DNA of 64,000 nucleotides. It comes from a virus. Positions 61,405 through 64,000 of the stretch are shown in pieces. The DNA is taken from the IMG/VR virus record IMGVR_UViG_3300045988_183134, positions 64,001 through 128,000 of that record. One strand, written 5' to 3'. Both the position numbers and the translations under genes were made by a program. The stretch's first letter is position 1, and each line of letters starts with the position of its first letter. The notes under the pieces are model-generated. The model was given only the letters and a program-made list of their open reading frames with translations, had not been told where the DNA came from and did no database searches.

Positions 61405-62103
61405 ATGAACATGAAGGCTATCAAGCGCTTTGCTATGCTTTTGGCAGTGCTGTCTCCTTTTCTTTTGAATGTGTCGTTCGGATTTGCCGATACCGCTACA
61501 CGGACATGTTCGGTCTGTGGGCAGAAATTCACTGTGACAACCCCGGCCGCTGATGACGCCAAAACATTCGAGGCGTACAACAAGGTAAACTCGATTAAAG
61601 GCGTTGAGTCGGATAAGAGCGCTACTTATACCGCAATTACGGATGCAAATGTCTATGCAACGACCATTAACGGAAAGCCTCTGTGCTCGAATTGTCTGAG
61701 TACGATGGGCGCTGCTACTTCTACCGGTAAAGGATTGCCGAAAACGGCTTCCACTCAGCTGCTTGCGAGCGCAACGGCGGTCTATACGATTACGGTTCCC
61801 GAAACTGTTAAGCTGACAGGCGTTGACAGTGGCCCTGGCTCATATACGGCTGACATCACCATGACTTTGAAAGGTGATGTCGAGGAGAATGCGGTGATTG
61901 TGGTATCTGTGGACGGTGGAACCATGACCAACACTGCGGGCAAAACCGCTGCTGTCACGGTATCCAATCGGACCAAAAGCGAGTGGTCCCGAGCAGATTT
62001 GCTGAACGATGGAACGAGTGCAACTTGCAAAGTCTCTGCGGAGCTTGACCCCGGGCACTGGACCGGCACGGCAACATTCAGCTGCGAGAAACAGTATAAG
62101 TGA
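61405..62103 (+). CDS. secreted protein, paralog family member D with N-terminal CxxC..CxxC module (232 aa)
   Basis: Signal peptide ..SFGFA/DT. CSVCGQ..CSNCLS. VYTITVPETVKL..DPGHWTGTATFSCEKQYK. The start (61405 or 61411) has no adjacent SD and follows the IS right-end structure. Confidence 0.6.
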   Translation: MNMKAIKRFAMLLAVLSPFLLNVSFGFADTATRTCSVCGQKFTVTTPAADDAKTFEAYNKVNSIKGVESDKSATYTAITDANVYATTINGKPLCSNCLSTMGAATSTGKGLPKTASTQLLASATAVYTITVPETVKLTGVDSGPGSYTADITMTLKGDVEENAVIVVSVDGGTMTNTAGKTAAVTVSNRTKSEWSRADLLNDGTSATCKVSAELDPGHWTGTATFSCEKQYK

Positions 62104-62130
62104 TGAATTTCTTGGAAAGGAGGGAACTGT

Positions 62131-62655
62131 ATGCGTTTGAAAGCTGTAGGGGCAGAAATTCTTGCCGCGCTGACGCTTGCCTGTCCAGTCTTAGCGTTCT
62201 CTGAACCAATTGGTTCGGATGACGCTGTCATAGATGCCGATGATACGATTGCGGCAGATACACCCGACTCGGATTCTAATGACACCGCCTGGCTGAGCGC
62301 TTCCAAGGATACTTCAACGCAGGTCACAGCGGAAGTGGACAGCTTTTATACATTGACCGTTCCGGAAGAAATCACGCTGAATGGTTCGGATGGTACTGGC
62401 ATCCAGACTGGCACAATTCCGGTCACTTTAATGGGGGATATCCCTCTCAAGGGAACTGTTCAAGTCAAAACCACTGCTACGCCTCTGCAGGCGAAAGGCT
62501 CTGTAGATGTGCCTATGACCATCGCAACACCAAAGGTTGAATGGAATCGCACTGAGATGCTCGGAGACGGAACGAGTTCAGACTATTCCGTAAGCGCAGT
62601 TCTTGCTCCTGGCGACTGGACTGGCACAGTGACGTTTGAATGCTTGGTGCAATAA
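62131..62655 (+). CDS. secreted protein, paralog family member E (174 aa)
   Basis: AAAGGAGGG RBS and signal peptide. FYTLTVPEEITL..GTIPVTLMGD..PKVEWNRTE..APGDWTGTVTFECLVQ. Confidence 0.7.
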   Translation: MRLKAVGAEILAALTLACPVLAFSEPIGSDDAVIDADDTIAADTPDSDSNDTAWLSASKDTSTQVTAEVDSFYTLTVPEEITLNGSDGTGIQTGTIPVTLMGDIPLKGTVQVKTTATPLQAKGSVDVPMTIATPKVEWNRTEMLGDGTSSDYSVSAVLAPGDWTGTVTFECLVQ

Positions 62656-62673
62656 ATGCCAACAAATCTTATA

Positions 62674-62703
62674 CCGCTTGCCCTTTTGGGTAGGCGGCTT
62701 TTT
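62674..62703 (+). terminator. intrinsic terminator
   Basis: CCGCTTGCCC-tttt-GGGTAGGCGG followed by cT5. Confidence 0.65.
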
Positions 62704-62772
62704 GCTAGGTATTTGTTGTGCGTTCTGAACACGGCAGCTATGGCCTATCTTGTTTCCGGCATAAAAAGCAGG

Positions 62773-62827
62773 CACAATATATTGTGTTTTGGTATTGCAA
62801 TATACCATATATTGTGGTACAATATAT
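62773..62827 (+). promoter_or_regulatory. promoter (TTGCAA-N17-TACAAT) embedded in three ACAATATAT-type palindromic operator-like sites
   Basis: CACAATATATTGTG (62773-62786, perfect palindrome), CAATATAccaTATATTG (62798-62814), ACAATATAT (62819-62827). -35 at 62795-62800 and -10 at 62818-62823. Confidence 0.55.
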
Positions 62828-62829
62828 CT

Positions 62830-63127
62830 ACTGGCTCAAATGATAGCAAAGAACCTAAAGTTTGAGCATTTTCGTGTATGGCTATGAGACCGCTTCCTTC
62901 TACTTGAAGATAATATGAAATCATGTCAGCGGTTTCGCTCTCCGTCACGGCTCGAGAACATAACAATACGGCTATATATCCGCTTCCTTCATTTCTAGAA
63001 GAACAAGGAAGTCGGCTCGCATTTTTTGTGCTGCTGACTTCAACACGTTAGCGGATATGCTTTCCGTATCTATTACGTGTCTCATCCACCCGTGTCGAGT
63101 TTTTCTCGGCGCGGGATTTTTGTTTTG
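62830..63127 (+). promoter_or_regulatory. long structured leader with two terminator-like hairpins
   Basis: GAGACCGCT/AGCGGTTTC helix (62887-62937). CCGCTTCCTT..AAGGAAGTCGG plus T6 (62980-63027). CCCGTGTCGAG-ttttt-CTCGGCGCGGG plus a T-rich run (63089-63126), immediately before the RBS. Confidence 0.5.
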
Positions 63128-63143
63128 TTAGGAGGTCATTTGA

Positions 63144-64000
63144 ATGCTGACTGTTTATGATTTTAACCGCGTCACGTTTGCACATCATCGTGGCATCGTA
63201 CCACCCATGCCCGCACAAGAAGGGAAGAAAGCGGTGGAGAAACGCTATGTCTGTTCAGCGAACATGAAATTGATGGAATACGGCTATATTATGGCGCGAG
63301 ACCTCTTTGATGCCTGCTGCAAGGCCGAATACAATGATTTCCTCAAGACCTGGTCTGCGCTGTATGACTGTGTCACGGAGGATGGCAAGGCAATTTCTCA
63401 GACTTCTCCCATCTGGCCGAATTTCCCGGACGATGCGATGAAAGCCGACCTTGTGGACCTGTATGTTGTCAACTTCCTCAATTATCTGACCTGCGGCGAA
63501 TGGCAGCCAGACTTTGACCCAACAAAATTTTGCCCGGCACTGGACCGCAGCCATCTTCTTGCTGTGAAACAGATTCCGGCGTGTGATGAGGAGGAAATCT
63601 ACCGCTATTCCGTACAGAGCATTACCGGGCATTCTCCTCTGTCTCCTGACGAGGCGTCCTGCGTTTTCGATACTTTGATGCATGATATTGATTTCACATC
63701 TGAGCTGATGGACCGCATGAAACCCAAGCATATTCCATGCAAGGAAAATCTTGCTCTGTATGTGTCTCGCATTGTCTCTCGTCCCGAATGGCGGGAACAG
63801 GCATGCTTCCGGGATTTCAAGAGCTCTACCGATGTGCTGCGCCTGGCCGCAGCAATGAGCGACCAGGATGTGAGTCTTTCGAAAGCCCCGAAATTCCGGA
63901 ACTTTAAGCGCGGTGAACGTCGTCAGCTGCTGGAACTTCTGGAACACACTGATAAGAACGAGGGCTTTGCATTGCATCCCGAAGAGTTCAAGCGATTGGG
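63144..64000 (+). CDS. hypothetical protein, 5' part (open to the window end; absent from the ORF track)
   Basis: TTAGGAGGT lies 6 nt before ATG 63144. 285 codons with no stop up to position 64000. It explains the antisense shadow ORF 63255..63977. Confidence 0.65.
   Translation, partial: MLTVYDFNRVTFAHHRGIVPPMPAQEGKKAVEKRYVCSANMKLMEYGYIMARDLFDACCKAEYNDFLKTWSALYDCVTEDGKAISQTSPIWPNFPDDAMKADLVDLYVVNFLNYLTCGEWQPDFDPTKFCPALDRSHLLAVKQIPACDEEEIYRYSVQSITGHSPLSPDEASCVFDTLMHDIDFTSELMDRMKPKHIPCKENLALYVSRIVSRPEWREQACFRDFKSSTDVLRLAAAMSDQDVSLSKAPKFRNFKRGERRQLLELLEHTDKNEGFALHPEEFKRL

Noticed and set aside
63255-63977. 240-aa minus-strand ORF, the only track entry in this region
   Set aside because: The + strand is open from a strong RBS and ATG at 63144 to the window end (285 codons). 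That ORF is missing from the track only because it has no stop inside the window. The minus ORF is its shadow.

Overview
All calls were made by eye from the sequence and ORF track; no searches or folding programs were run. The window is gene-dense accessory DNA with every credible gene on the + strand. It looks like part of a large mobile or extrachromosomal element (plasmid, phage-plasmid or ICE) of a Gram-positive-type host, judging from AGGAGG-type ribosome-binding sites, sigma-A-like promoters and intrinsic terminators.

I support about 85 plus-strand CDSs, most of them small with no recognisable function. The recognisable content is:
- the 3' end of an NAD-dependent DNA ligase and a GHKL-type ATPase;
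- two IscB genes and one TnpB gene (OMEGA-class RNA-guided nucleases) with structured candidate omega-RNA regions and IS200/IS605-like subterminal hairpins;
- an HSL-type esterase, a DUF262/ParB-like protein, a HAD 5'-nucleotidase and a DUF4314 protein;
- a GNAT plus zeta-toxin-like kinase pair, and a truncated N6-methyltransferase-like protein;
- YopX and a Bro-N/KilAC antirepressor;
- a GNAT toxin-like two-gene insertion flanked by 145-bp direct repeats;
- a primase-polymerase/PriCT-type replication protein followed by a putative origin (iterons, AT-rich tract, tandem repeats);
- topoisomerase III and a sortase-like protein;
- a surface-protein module at 54.7-62.7 kb, with six paralogous secreted proteins including an 806-aa BspA/DUF285-LRR protein.

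The strongest signal not explained by genes is a module of about 130 bp repeated at least 16 times between 7.9 and 51.3 kb. Each copy has a promoter with an invariant spacer heptamer, a conserved 5' hairpin, and a terminator-like hairpin with a T-run placed before the ribosome-binding site. At least 8 further promoters share the heptamer. I recognised no rRNA, tRNA or CRISPR array.
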